Positions 44,503-55,774 of a stretch of 64,000 nt of DNA are shown one piece after another (positions within the stretch are counted from its first letter, which is position 1; the number at the start of each line of letters is the position of its first letter). Origin of the DNA: Naegleria gruberi (taxonomy: Eukaryota). The translations under genes were made by a program, and so were the position numbers. Where the stretch lies: NCBI GenBank assembly GCA_000004985.1, contig GG738862.1; one strand, 5' to 3'. Below the pieces are notes generated by a model. It saw nothing but the letters and a program-made list of their open reading frames with translations. It did not search any database and was not told the origin of the DNA.

Positions 44503-45264
44503 ATGCTGATAATATTAAATACAAGATATCCAACACTCCCTTCATCGGATGTTATAATAGAATATATATATTATGTATACAGATATGACTATCTACCAAT
44601 ACCTCCACAACAACAATTTTCCTATGATAATTTAATTTATGAACAAATAAGTAAATTTGCTGACATGTTAAATTATAATGAAAATTATTCTGATAAGGCC
44701 TATAGAGGAATGTTGTTGGAATATTTTTATAAACCTCTTCATACATATGCGAAGGGAGAAGGTTGGATAGATGAGAGTGCAACACTTTCAATCAAAGAGG
44801 AAACGAATAAGAATACTAAAGAAGGAAATGTCTTGAGTGATGATGATAGTGTAGATTTGGGAGCTAATTTACAAGATGAACAACATCTTCCCTCATCTAT
44901 TCAACTAAATTATGGGAATACATCCTGCCTATTTAAACCTAAAAAGATTACAAAAAAGTCAAAACGCAAGCAAAAAGCTCCATCAACAACAAATATTCCA
45001 CCAATTAAGAGAACTGCCATAATTAGTAATAGAGCAAATAATGAATCTAGAATGATGTATTTAGAAGAGAAGGATCTCAATAGCACAGAAACATTATTAA
45101 CTGCTATAAGAAATAATTTAGAAATCACTCGTTTAAATAATTTACAATTTAAACATAAGAATATTTATGTTACTGTTAAGGAGAATGAAGTTTCAATAAT
45201 TAAAGATCTAATGAAGGAGAATGATGATACTTTGAAATTTTGTTATGGAACTAAAGCTCAATAA
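44503..45264 (+). CDS. hypothetical protein. It may start further upstream, in the ORF 44277-44588, through a frameshift or intron.
   Basis: A 253-aa ORF with a basic central segment 'KKITKKSKRKQK'. The overlapping upstream ORF carries a 'CPVCLFNNLTCHH' Cys/His motif. I recognise no domain. Confidence 0.35.
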   Translation: MLIILNTRYPTLPSSDVIIEYIYYVYRYDYLPIPPQQQFSYDNLIYEQISKFADMLNYNENYSDKAYRGMLLEYFYKPLHTYAKGEGWIDESATLSIKEETNKNTKEGNVLSDDDSVDLGANLQDEQHLPSSIQLNYGNTSCLFKPKKITKKSKRKQKAPSTTNIPPIKRTAIISNRANNESRMMYLEEKDLNSTETLLTAIRNNLEITRLNNLQFKHKNIYVTVKENEVSIIKDLMKENDDTLKFCYGTKAQ

Positions 45265-45939
45265 TAATAATAAATATCAAATCATTATTTTAGGAATACA
45301 CATTATCAACAATCCAATAAGAGCTCCACATTCACAACTTGTTCCTCCTTACAATAATCAAAAAAAAACAAATAAAAAAAAAACAAATAATGACTGAAAA
45401 TCTATTACGTGCTATAGTGTTGCTTCCAACACATAATTATAGTGATGAAGAATTAAAGGAACAACTCGGTTCTCTTGCAAATTTATTAGCTGCTGTTCCA
45501 TTTGAGGAAATGAAAGATAAAGAATCTAATAGTGTATCTCTATTGACATTGTTGGTAAAGTTATTGAACTTCCATTTCGTTTGGCTGGAATGTGATTGAC
45601 AGAAGGAAATTTGTGAAGTTTGTATTTCAGTGAGTGGTAAGGCAAATGAAAGCAACTTAATTACTTCTTCCAGAAAATCTTCAAACACCTGCCAATACTA
45701 GAATGATGAAACCAGCTAAAAAACAAGTTTCATCCAAAGAATGGATTATTGACTGATAACACCATTCAGGAAGGTGTTACAAAATTCAAAACTCAATTAT
45801 ATGATGCAGTAGATCTCACTAAGGAAACAGCAAAGAATATGCTCATCCTTACCAGAAACATGTCTCACAAATAAGGAGGTTATCAATATTAGTTGTATAA
45901 TAATTTATTATAAAACAACAATGCAATTTGTAAATAAAA

Positions 45940-46712
45940 ATGATTAATCAATCTTCTTCATCAGCATCACCTCCAATAATACAAACATCTTCATCATCGA
46001 CAAGTAGCCATCATCATTATCAACATGAAAATATTCCTCGAGTAGCCTCTTCTTCATCATCATGTGATTTAAATAGAATGAATAGTTCGGAGAGTAATTT
46101 AGATGATATTCTCTCTTCATCACTATCATCAACAGGTTCTATTAAGGAACATCGTTCAATGAGACAATCTTTATCTATTCAACAACAACAATATTATAAT
46201 CAATCATCTGATTATACTTCTAATTCATTATTATTTGAGCCTAAAACTTTATTCTTTCCATGTATGTAATATTTAAATTCATCAATCATTATACAACAAT
46301 TTAATTAATTTAATTCATGAACAACAATATAATAGTACCTAACAAGTATAAAACAAAATTTAGTCTCTATCTATTTAATGATAGTTCAACTGATTTCATA
46401 GCCTTCACTATTAAGAATCCAAATACAAAATATTTTGAAATTTCATCCGAAGCCTATTTTCCATCACTGAATAGTAATTCATCATCATCGTCATCATCTT
46501 CATGTTCATGTAATAATAATTGTTATGGATGTAGTAATAGTCTATTATCAAGTCAAGTTATATTTCCAAAATCTCAAATAGTATTAAATATTACATTACA
46601 TTGTAATCAAGTATTAACAAATGATGATAATTTAATATTTGAATTTAATTATAAAAAATCAGAAGATCCACATGATTTAATTAGAAAAACTGTATGTTTT
46701 AATTTTATTTAA
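45940..46712 (+). CDS. Ser-rich protein with a major-sperm-protein (MSP/VAP)-like domain. Exons 45940-46261 and 46336-46712.
   Basis: A GTATGT donor at 46262 and a TAATAG acceptor at 46335, joined at phase 1, give '...LLFEPKTLFFP-L-PNKYKTKFSLYLFNDSSTDFIAFTIKNPNTKYFEISSEAYFP...'. This fits the MSP-domain pattern (L.i.P..L.F ... l.l.N.s...vAFKvKTt.P..Y.v.P). Confidence 0.45.
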
Positions 46713-46822
46713 TTATTTAATTTTATTTAATTTTACTATAATTTAATTATTTTTTATATAATTATTTATTTAATTATTTAATTAATTAAAAGAATATACC
46801 AAAAATAACATTTACACATAAA

Positions 46823-48585
46823 ATGGAAGTTAAATTTTCATATCCATCAGATGATAATATAAATGTAAAATTTGGAGATAATATATTATTATTAACACCT
46901 AAAAAATTAAATTTTCATTCCCTAATTAGACCTGATCTTTCCATAAATGTAAAATATAGTACTTTACAAAATTATAAAAAATTATATTCATTAAATGAAT
47001 TATATTTAAATCATTTAATGAATATAATAGAAAAAGATGAAATTCAAGAAGAAATTCAAAGTTATTATTGTCCATCATGTTTAACTGAATTTGCTAAAAG
47101 TGAAGCAATGTTTAACAAGATGAAATGTCAATTTTGTTTTTCATGTCCATCATGTCAATGTAATTTAAATTTAGTTACAAGAAATTTACAAACATTTTTA
47201 TCATGTCCATATTGTTATTATGATACTTTGGATATTAATTTAAAAACAAATGATTCATTTAATCAATTATTTGAAATTGTAAAGGAAAATGATAATAGAT
47301 TACAATCAGATTTTAATTTACAATTAAGAAAATATGCTGATCATGTTAAAAAATTAAATTCAAATTCAAATTCAAATCAACAATATAGAAAATTTTCAAT
47401 AGTTTTAGATTCTTATGTAACTGTGACTACTAATAGTAATTCATCATCTAATAATAGTAATAATAATAGAATTGGTAATAGTAATACTTCTAATTATGGA
47501 AATGGAATTGAACCATTAACTCATTCATCAAATGAAAGTTTAGATTCCTATTTAAAAAAAAGTGATCAAAGAGTTCAATACATGACATCAAGTGAATATT
47601 CATATAATAATTTAATATCATTTGAAAGTAAATTACAAAATAATAATAATAATACATTTAATTCTAATAATTCTAATAATAATAATAATGACATTTCAAT
47701 GTTGTATCCACAGAGAAAAACACTTTGTATTAAAAAGATTAAAAAATATGGAGAGGAAATTATTGTTAAAAGAGATTCAAAAAATCATTCAACTAATTTT
47801 GATATTAATTATAATGCAATGTATGTTTTTTAATTTTTTAATTTTAATTTTAATATTTTTAAAGTAAATTTTTACCTAAATTTTCAATACTTAATGTACC
47901 AGTATTAAATGTAAATAGAGAATCAGATATATATTTATTAATTACAAATCCAAATGAGGAATGTAGATTATATTTAAATTTAGAATCATTTGATAATAAT
48001 GTTAAATTAAATTTACCTAAAAAGACAATAGTATTAAAAGAAAATAATGGATTAGAATCATATTCAGCTGATGTTCAACAATTAGGAATTGAAGATGAAA
48101 AATTGAGGGAATTAGATCATGAAATTGAACACATAATTGAAAGGAGAAATAATCAATTAAAAATTAGAATTGGAGTTTTACCATTTGAATCCAATGTTAA
48201 ATTTAAAATAAGAGTTAAATTGAGTGGACTATCTTTGAGTGCTGCATTTTCATCTTCTCCAAATTCTGTTACATCACCTAATAATAATTCAAGTTCTGCT
48301 ATCACTAATTCAAATAGTAATATCAATAACAATAGTAATAATAACTCATCAACAAATGCTACTAATAATAATGGATTGACTGTTTCATCAAGTTTAACAA
48401 ATTCAATGATGGAATCAATAGCACTAAACTCACCCAAAAAGAAGGAAATGTATGAAAAACAAGAAAACAAACAAGTGGAATATCTTGTACATTTTCAACT
48501 TCCAAGTGCTGTTTATACTGAAGATGATTTGAATGAGCACCAAGAAAGTTCTACACCAAAAGTTGACTGGATTAAAGTTTATTGA
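46823..48585 (+). CDS. DCTN4: dynactin subunit 4 (p62/DCTN4) homolog. There are two exons with a short intron near 47821-47900, plus a 1-nt frameshift near 47940.
   Basis: 'SYYCPSCLTEFAKSEAMFNKMKCQFCFSCPSCQCNL' matches DCTN4 '[36 protein letters not shown]'. Downstream, 'ISILNVPVLNVNRESDIYLL' and 'ITNPNEECRLYLNLE' match '[25 protein letters not shown]'. These two segments lie in different frames, separated by a single extra A. The exact intron boundaries are not resolved. Confidence 0.65.
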
Positions 48586-48734
48586 GTTGTGCTTATCAAT
48601 AAATTTCTTAAAGTTCTTAATTTTATAAGAATAATTTTATTAATGGTTAGTTACAATGGAGTAGAATAATTACGAATAACAAATTGTTCTTCTTCTTGCT
48701 AATTATCCCAATTGTTGAGTTGGTCCAAGTGTTA

Positions 48735-51698
48735 TTAGACATTTTCTTGATTAACTCCTCTTCCATTATTATCTGTGTTATTATCACCAGCAATTGGACC
48801 ATCATTGGATAATGTAGTACTATTATTAGTTGTATCATTACCAATTCCATATTGTCTTCTCAATGCATCCAAATCAAAAGGTAAAGTTAATTGAATTTGT
48901 AAATTTGGTCTCTTTGCATTTTCTCTTCTCAATTTTTCTAATTCTTCTTCATCAATAATCCACATTTCATCATCATCATAACGTTGACCAAAACATAATA
49001 AATTTGATTTGATAAAATCTAAAGCCTTCATAAAATTATTACCATATTTTGAATTATTAAAATTATTTAAAAATCTACGTTTAGATTCAACCTGTTCAAC
49101 ACGTGCAGTACCAGTTGTTGTATCAAATGGAAGTGGAATTTCCTTAGTTGCTCTATAATTTTCTATATTTGCAATATTTTCATGTTCAATACGGAAAATA
49201 TTCCAAATAAATCTTCTTAAAATTTCCAAAAATACAAACAAGTATAAAATCCATTCCAATGTTTCCTTTTCAATTTTAACAAATGATTTAACAAATAAAA
49301 ATGGTAACCAAACCCATCTTAGTATAATATTACTAAACATGGCCATATAATAATATTGAGGTGAAAATATTAATTTAGATCTTAATCCCCAATATTTAGT
49401 TTTCTTTTCAAATAAACCCATATCAACACGTAAATCCCAATATAATTTTAAACATGTTGAAATAATATTTATAATAATATATATAATACGTAATATTGTA
49501 AATGATCCAATTAATATATTATTAGAATTATCCAATGTTAATTTATCAATAAATGCAATAATAATGACTAAACATGATGAAAAATATTTTAATGCATTTA
49601 ATAAATGCATTTTTTGTCTAGTATCATAATATTTTCTTAAACATTGCATTAATCTAACATGATATGGAATGTAATTTAAAATTGGAATTCCTAAACTTTT
49701 AGTTGAAGAACAAAATAAAGAAATTGTTGAAAATTTTGAAGTTGCAGGATAAATACAACCAATAAATTGTAATTCAAATAAAACATCAGATAAAGAAGTT
49801 AATTGATCTGCAATAAAAAAGTCAGAAAATCTAACTACTGTAAAAGGAGATGCTAACATTCTTAAAATACATTTTAATAACCAATATCTAAATTCAAAAT
49901 TTAAAATTTTAAAAGGATTAATTAAATATAAAATAAAAATAATCCATAATATAATTGGATGCCAATATGCATATTGTCCTATTAATAGAATATTACTTAA
50001 ATAGGAAATTACATTCATCATGTAAATTAATTGACTTGTAAAAATTATATTTAAAATTAATAATGAAATTGATAAAAATTTCCAAGTTGATAAACACATT
50101 AATGGATTTAATCCTAATATGTAAATATAATTAATATTATATTTACTCCAAATTCTAATATTTATACTTATAAAAAATGTTAATAATGTTGGAAATAATA
50201 ATAATCTATATAAAGAAAAACTTTGATCATCATATTCTATATTTTCCTTATTTGTAAATTCATATGTATAAAAATAATAAAATAAATTTATAATTATTAA
50301 TATAAATAAACTTCCTAATAAAATACCACTTGTAAATATATCTTTTAAATTATTTACTTCTAAAATACCAATATCTCCTATTTTTAATTTACTTAATTGT
50401 TCACTTGCTAATTTTATATCATTTTCACAATAATATTCTGCATAATAATAAATTGTATCTTTAATATGTTTATCAATTAAATTAGAATTTTTAAAATATT
50501 GATATTTTATAAATTTTATATTTTCAAATATTTCTGTAAAATTAATATTTCCATATATAGTATCATAATAATTATTATATTATTATTATTTAGAATTATT
50601 ATTATTATTAGAATTATTATTAAAATTATTATTAATAATAATAGGAGTATTAATTGAATTATTTTTAGAATTATAATTAATTGCATCATTTAATTCATTA
50701 AAAGTAAATTTAATTTTTCTTTTTGTAATTTCATTTAATTTTGTTGTAATATGAATTAAAGCATTATAATTAACTAATCTATAATTAAATAATAAATTTA
50801 AATTATAATAATGTTCTTCAATTCCTTCTTTTAATTTTTGTTTTTGATTAAATGTTAAAATTTCTAATTTTGATGATTTACTATCTTTAGAAATTAATGA
50901 TCTTGCATATTTATTATCATTATACATTTCATTAATTTTATTAATTTGTTCTAATAATCTATTATGTTCATCATTAATAGAAATTTCATTTTCTAAATAA
51001 AAATTATTAATCTTATTAATTTCCTTATATAGTAAATATTTAAAATCTTCAATTAAATTATTATTTATATCATTATTATTATTATTATTTCTTCTATTTG
51101 TTAAATTAATAGATGAAGATATAATATTTTTAATATTAAAATCAGAATGTTTAAATTCATCTTTTAAATCATTTAATTTATCAAGTAAATATTTATAATC
51201 TAAATATTTAACTTGCCATTCTGTTACCATATTTGCATAAAATTGTTGTTGTAATGTTTTTTCATCATATGAAGATGATATTATTATAGATTCAGATGAT
51301 TCACTACTACTACTACTATCATCTGATTCTACACTTTCAATACTATTTCTATTTTCATTATCTTCATTAGATCTCAATAATATATTATTAGTATTATTAT
51401 TGCTGTTATTATTATTATTAATAGATTTAAAAGAGTGATGATGATGATGACGGTGATGATCACCATATTCTATTGGATCATCAATATATTTATGATGATG
51501 ATCTAATAATTCTAATTCATCTTCTTGATTTAATGGAATATCTTCTTCTATACGTTCATCATCATCATTAATTGTTGAGGAATGTATCATCATCATTGGT
51601 GGAGGAGGTGTTGAAAAACTTCCTACCCCACTACCAATGGGTGATGAAAATGATGACAAGTTTGGTGGAGTCTTGTTAATTATACTTGTTCTTCTCAT
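48735..51698 (-). CDS. SPX-EXS protein (XPR1/SYG1/PHO1-like phosphate exporter homolog). Two in-frame stop codons (TAATAA at 50583-50588) lie between the SPX and EXS parts.
   Basis: The upstream ORF 50586-51698 has an SPX domain: 'FYANMVTEWQVKYLDYKYLLDKLNDLKDEF', 'DFKYLLYKEINKINNFYLENE...' and '...YNALIHITTKLNEITKRKIKF'. The downstream frame is open without any ATG from 50582 to 50099. It encodes transmembrane helices and the EXS signature 'RFIWNIFRIEHENIANIENYRATKEIPLPF'. Both parts are in the same frame. Confidence 0.7.
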
Positions 51699-51772
51699 AT
51701 TGTAAATACACTTGTTGTTGTTGTTCTATGAGTAGTTTCAATAGGTATTAGATGATAATAATATGATGCTAT

Positions 51773-54133
51773 TTGGATATAGAAATGGATGAATTTATAG
51801 TAAATACAGTTACAGATACTATTGAAAATGTAATAGTATCATTTAAATGTAAAAGTTATTGGTTTATTTCATTTGATGGTGTTGCAACTAAATCTAAAAG
51901 ACTTTTACAAAGAGATAATAGAGCTAAAACTTCACGTAAATCAAATAAACAGTTATTTAATAATAATAATAATAATATAGATGATAATAATAATATAGAT
52001 GATAATATAGATGATAATAATATAGATGATGAACAAGTTGATAAAGAAGATCTCATTGAAGATAAAGAAGATTTCATTGAACAAGATGATAATAATATTA
52101 TTATTATTGAAAAAGAACAAGATGAATTAAATGATGATGAACAAGATGAAAATCCAAAAAAAAGAAAATTAAATGATGATATCAATGAAGAGAATGATAA
52201 TAATATTAATAATAATAATACTACTCCTATAACAAATATATCTAATAATAATACAAATACTAATAATAATAATATAAATAATAATAATAATATAAATATA
52301 GATAATGTAGAATGTAAAAGATCATTAAGTGTAGAAATATCACCTGGTACAAATTTAAGTAAATTAATGTATGAATCAATAACTAAATTAACATACCAAA
52401 TATGTAAAAAATTAAAAATAGATATATATGTATCATCTACTAATAGATCAGGTGAAGGTGAAACTAAAATAATTGAACATTTAAGACAATATTCTAAAAA
52501 TAATACATTACCTAAATCAGTATTAATTATATCACAAGATTCAGATATGATTTTAATACCATTAATTAATTCAGATATTAATTGTTCTTTTTATATTTTA
52601 ATACCAAATTCAATACAACATTTTAAATCTGGTAATTTTATTGATGTTACAAGTTTTAAATTATTTTTATATAATTTTATTTCTAAAAATAAATTTAAAA
52701 AAATAGATAATTCTAATATAAATAGTAATTATTCTATAAATAATTATAAAAATATTCATCAATTATGTTTAGATTTTGTTAGTATTACATTATTAGCAGG
52801 TGGATGTGATTATTTTAGATATTTTCAAAAAGGATTTATAAGAAATTGGAGAAATTATTTTAAATTAATTGAAAATTCATCTAATTTTAATATTTTTGAA
52901 TTAAATATTTTAAATAATTCAGAAATTGAATTTACAATTAATTGTAATAATTTTATATCTGTATTTGGAAGTAGAGTACCATATACACAAATGGAAATGA
53001 AAAGTGATCCAAATAATGCAATTTTATTTTTTAAACAATTATGTGCATGTATTTTACAATTTAAAGGAATAATTCCAATTATGGAATATTTTAATAATCA
53101 TTTAAAAATGATTGATGTTTTACATTTATTTTCTTTAAATAATAATTTTTATGAACAAGTTGAATTTACAAATAATAATAATATTACTAAATTTAGAAAA
53201 GTAATTACAAAAACATTTAAAGATAAAATTAAAATTTTAACAACAATTGAAGAATTAACAGATAAAACAAATTTAACTCCACTTGAAGGTTTAATTTCAA
53301 TGATTAATAATTTAAATTATCATGCATTACCAAATCAAAATTTAATTGAAATTTTTAAACATGAAGAATTATCTTTTATTTTAAATATAAATACAAAAAT
53401 GGAAAAAAAATATTGGACTTTAAATGATCCTTATTTAAAAATTAGAAATTTTATTAATGAATGGAAAATTAAATATTCAAATATTAATGATAATGAAATT
53501 AATAATATTAATACTGGTACTTTATATTTAAAATATAATGATTATAATAATATATTGACTTTTATGGAAGGTAATAGACCATTTATGGAATTTAATAATA
53601 TTGATTTAAATTTAAATTTAAATAATAATTATCATAAATATTTAAATATTTCAAATATAATTACTGCTCCTTCTATTGATCAAATTAATTTATTAAAATT
53701 ATTTGATGAAACTGATCCACATAAAAATTTAACTAAATTAGTTTATAAAAGACAAAGACGTCCTAATAATAATAATAGAAATAGAAATAATAGAAATAAT
53801 AATAATAGAAATAGAAATTATGATAGAAATGATAATTATGATAGAAATAGAAATGATAATAATAGAAGTAGAAATTATGATAGAAATTATGATAGAAATG
53901 ATAATAGAAATACTACTATTGAAGATAAGAATAATGATAAAAGTAGTTATGATAATAGAAGAGATGATAGAGATAATAATTATAGAAATTATGATAGAAA
54001 TTATGATAGAAATAGAAGTTATAATGATAATAGAAATGATAATAGAAATTATAATAATAATAATTATAAAAGAAGAGATAATAGAGGAAATACTTTTTAT
54101 AATGAAAGAAAAGATAATGATAGAAATAAATAA
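51773..54133 (+). CDS. XRN-family 5'-3' exoribonuclease-like protein with an Asn-rich insert and an Arg/Asn/Tyr/Asp-rich C-terminal tail. The N-terminus appears truncated.
   Basis: Conserved XRN motifs are present. 'FISFDGVATKSKRLLQRDNRAK' corresponds to 'IAIDGVAPRAKMNQQRSRRF'. 'SGEGETKIIEHLRQ' corresponds to 'PGEGEHKI'. 'LIISQDSDMILIPLI' corresponds to 'GLDADLIMLGL'. The roughly 60 aa normally upstream, including the 'DMNGIIH' motif, are absent from this ORF. Confidence 0.55.
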   Translation: MDIEMDEFIVNTVTDTIENVIVSFKCKSYWFISFDGVATKSKRLLQRDNRAKTSRKSNKQLFNNNNNNIDDNNNIDDNIDDNNIDDEQVDKEDLIEDKEDFIEQDDNNIIIIEKEQDELNDDEQDENPKKRKLNDDINEENDNNINNNNTTPITNISNNNTNTNNNNINNNNNINIDNVECKRSLSVEISPGTNLSKLMYESITKLTYQICKKLKIDIYVSSTNRSGEGETKIIEHLRQYSKNNTLPKSVLIISQDSDMILIPLINSDINCSFYILIPNSIQHFKSGNFIDVTSFKLFLYNFISKNKFKKIDNSNINSNYSINNYKNIHQLCLDFVSITLLAGGCDYFRYFQKGFIRNWRNYFKLIENSSNFNIFELNILNNSEIEFTINCNNFISVFGSRVPYTQMEMKSDPNNAILFFKQLCACILQFKGIIPIMEYFNNHLKMIDVLHLFSLNNNFYEQVEFTNNNNITKFRKVITKTFKDKIKILTTIEELTDKTNLTPLEGLISMINNLNYHALPNQNLIEIFKHEELSFILNINTKMEKKYWTLNDPYLKIRNFINEWKIKYSNINDNEINNINTGTLYLKYNDYNNILTFMEGNRPFMEFNNIDLNLNLNNNYHKYLNISNIITAPSIDQINLLKLFDETDPHKNLTKLVYKRQRRPNNNNRNRNNRNNNNRNRNYDRNDNYDRNRNDNNRSRNYDRNYDRNDNRNTTIEDKNNDKSSYDNRRDDRDNNYRNYDRNYDRNRSYNDNRNDNRNYNNNNYKRRDNRGNTFYNERKDNDRNK
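53760..54120 (+). repeat. coding low-complexity repeat (RN/YD-rich, 'RNYDRN'-type) at the C-terminus of the XRN-like gene
   Basis: Iterated 'agaaat(agaaat)...tatgatagaaat' units translate to 'NRNRNNRNNNNRNRNYDRNDNYDRNRNDNNRSRNYDRNYDRNDNRN...'. Confidence 0.7.
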
Positions 54134-54401
54134 TTATTAAATATGGAGGTAAAGCAATTTATTTAATAAATTTTATCTAAAAATTCTTTGATTAAAGGAT
54201 TTGGAGAATAAAACACAAGTTTCATGATATCAAATTGGTTTAGCATTACAATTTGCACCTACAATACCATTGTTGTTGATTTAGCAATTAGATCAGACAA
54301 TATTCACTACTTGTGAAATGATAATAATTAAATTAAAATTAAATATACTTAAATATAAATATAATTAAATATAAAAATTTCAATTAAATATAAAAATCAT
54401 C

Positions 54402-55774
54402 TCAATTAAATAATTCATAAATAGGTCTAAATGATTTTTGTTGAATAACTTGTGGTATTTCTAATAAACCTCTCAATGCTTTTAAAATATCAATACCTAA
54501 TAAAACACCTAACATTCCAGCTAAATCTCCTAATAATTGTAACATTGTTTTACCTGCAATTTCACTAACTTGATGAATATTTAAAGTAGAATAAGCAAAT
54601 GAAACAACAACAATTGAATCTTCTTTAAAAGTTAATTGTACATTTGAAATACGTGAATCCCAATGTATTGAATGTAATGGATATTCTTCAGTTGATTTTA
54701 ATCTATTAGTTTCAATTTTAGTTAAAGTAAAGAAATTATCAACGTATGGTATTGCAAAATTAGTTTCAGCAAAAACTAGTGGAATTGAACCAATTTCATG
54801 AAATGATGCTTGTAATCCAAATCTTGAATCTCTATCAGATTTTACAGGTGGTAATGTAAAATACATTGAAATACTACCACCATATCCTGTTGTTTTAACT
54901 GCTAATGGTTTACTTGTATCATTATTAAATACATAACATTGAAATACTTGTCCATTTTGTTCAATTACTGTTTCACTTAATTTAAATGGACATTCATATA
55001 TTGTACCATCTGTATCATTCACCATTGTACATGTTTTTAATGTTAAATTACAATAATCACAATAATATTCTGCATTCCAATTACATATTGTTACTATTTA
55101 ATTATATTATTATATTTTAATTATATTATTATATTTTTAAATTATTATGTATTTATATTATTAATTATTTTAATATTTTAATATTAATTATTATATTTTA
55201 ATAATAAAAATAACATACCAGCAGGATAATTTAAAGGTACTTGTTCAATATAAGAAATAGAAGTGGATGGATTTGTTTGTGCATCTAAATAACCATTTAT
55301 AGAAGAATATAAATAAAATAAATAAACACCAATACATATTAACCATCCAATTGATGTTATAATTTCAGATATTCTTACACCTGTTCTTATTTGTAAACAA
55401 TCTGCATGATCATTTTGTGATTCTAAATCATCTCCATCTCCATCTTCATATTTATGTATATTTTTAACTCTAGGTGTTAATACTTTTGAAAGTGTATCTA
55501 ATGTTGTTGAGTGATGTTGTTGATGTTGTATTTCCTTATTAAATGATTGATTATTATTTGTATTTTTCATTAAATTATTATTTTGTTGTTGTTGAGATTC
55601 AGGATAATCAATACAACAATTATTATCCATTTCAACTTGTATCGGAGGTTGTGGTTCAAAATCATCTAATGTTGGAAGCCTACTTGATGCTACATGTGAT
55701 GTTTGAGCCTTATATCCATCTTGATTTGTTGTTGTTGTAGATGTTACTGAGGTATTAAGATTATTATTCTTCAT
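54402..55774 (-). CDS. DEG/ENaC/ASIC-family cation channel homolog. Exons 55219-55774 and 54402-55093, with a 125-nt AT-rich intron and a GTATGT donor.
   Basis: TM1 is 'IITSIGWLICIGVYLFYLY'. Splicing recreates the family hallmark 'YPA|VTICNWN' (FPAVTICN in ENaC/ASIC). TM2 'LLGDLAGMLGVLLGIDILKAL' aligns with ASIC '[23 protein letters not shown]'. The two-transmembrane, large-ectodomain topology fits. Confidence 0.8.
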
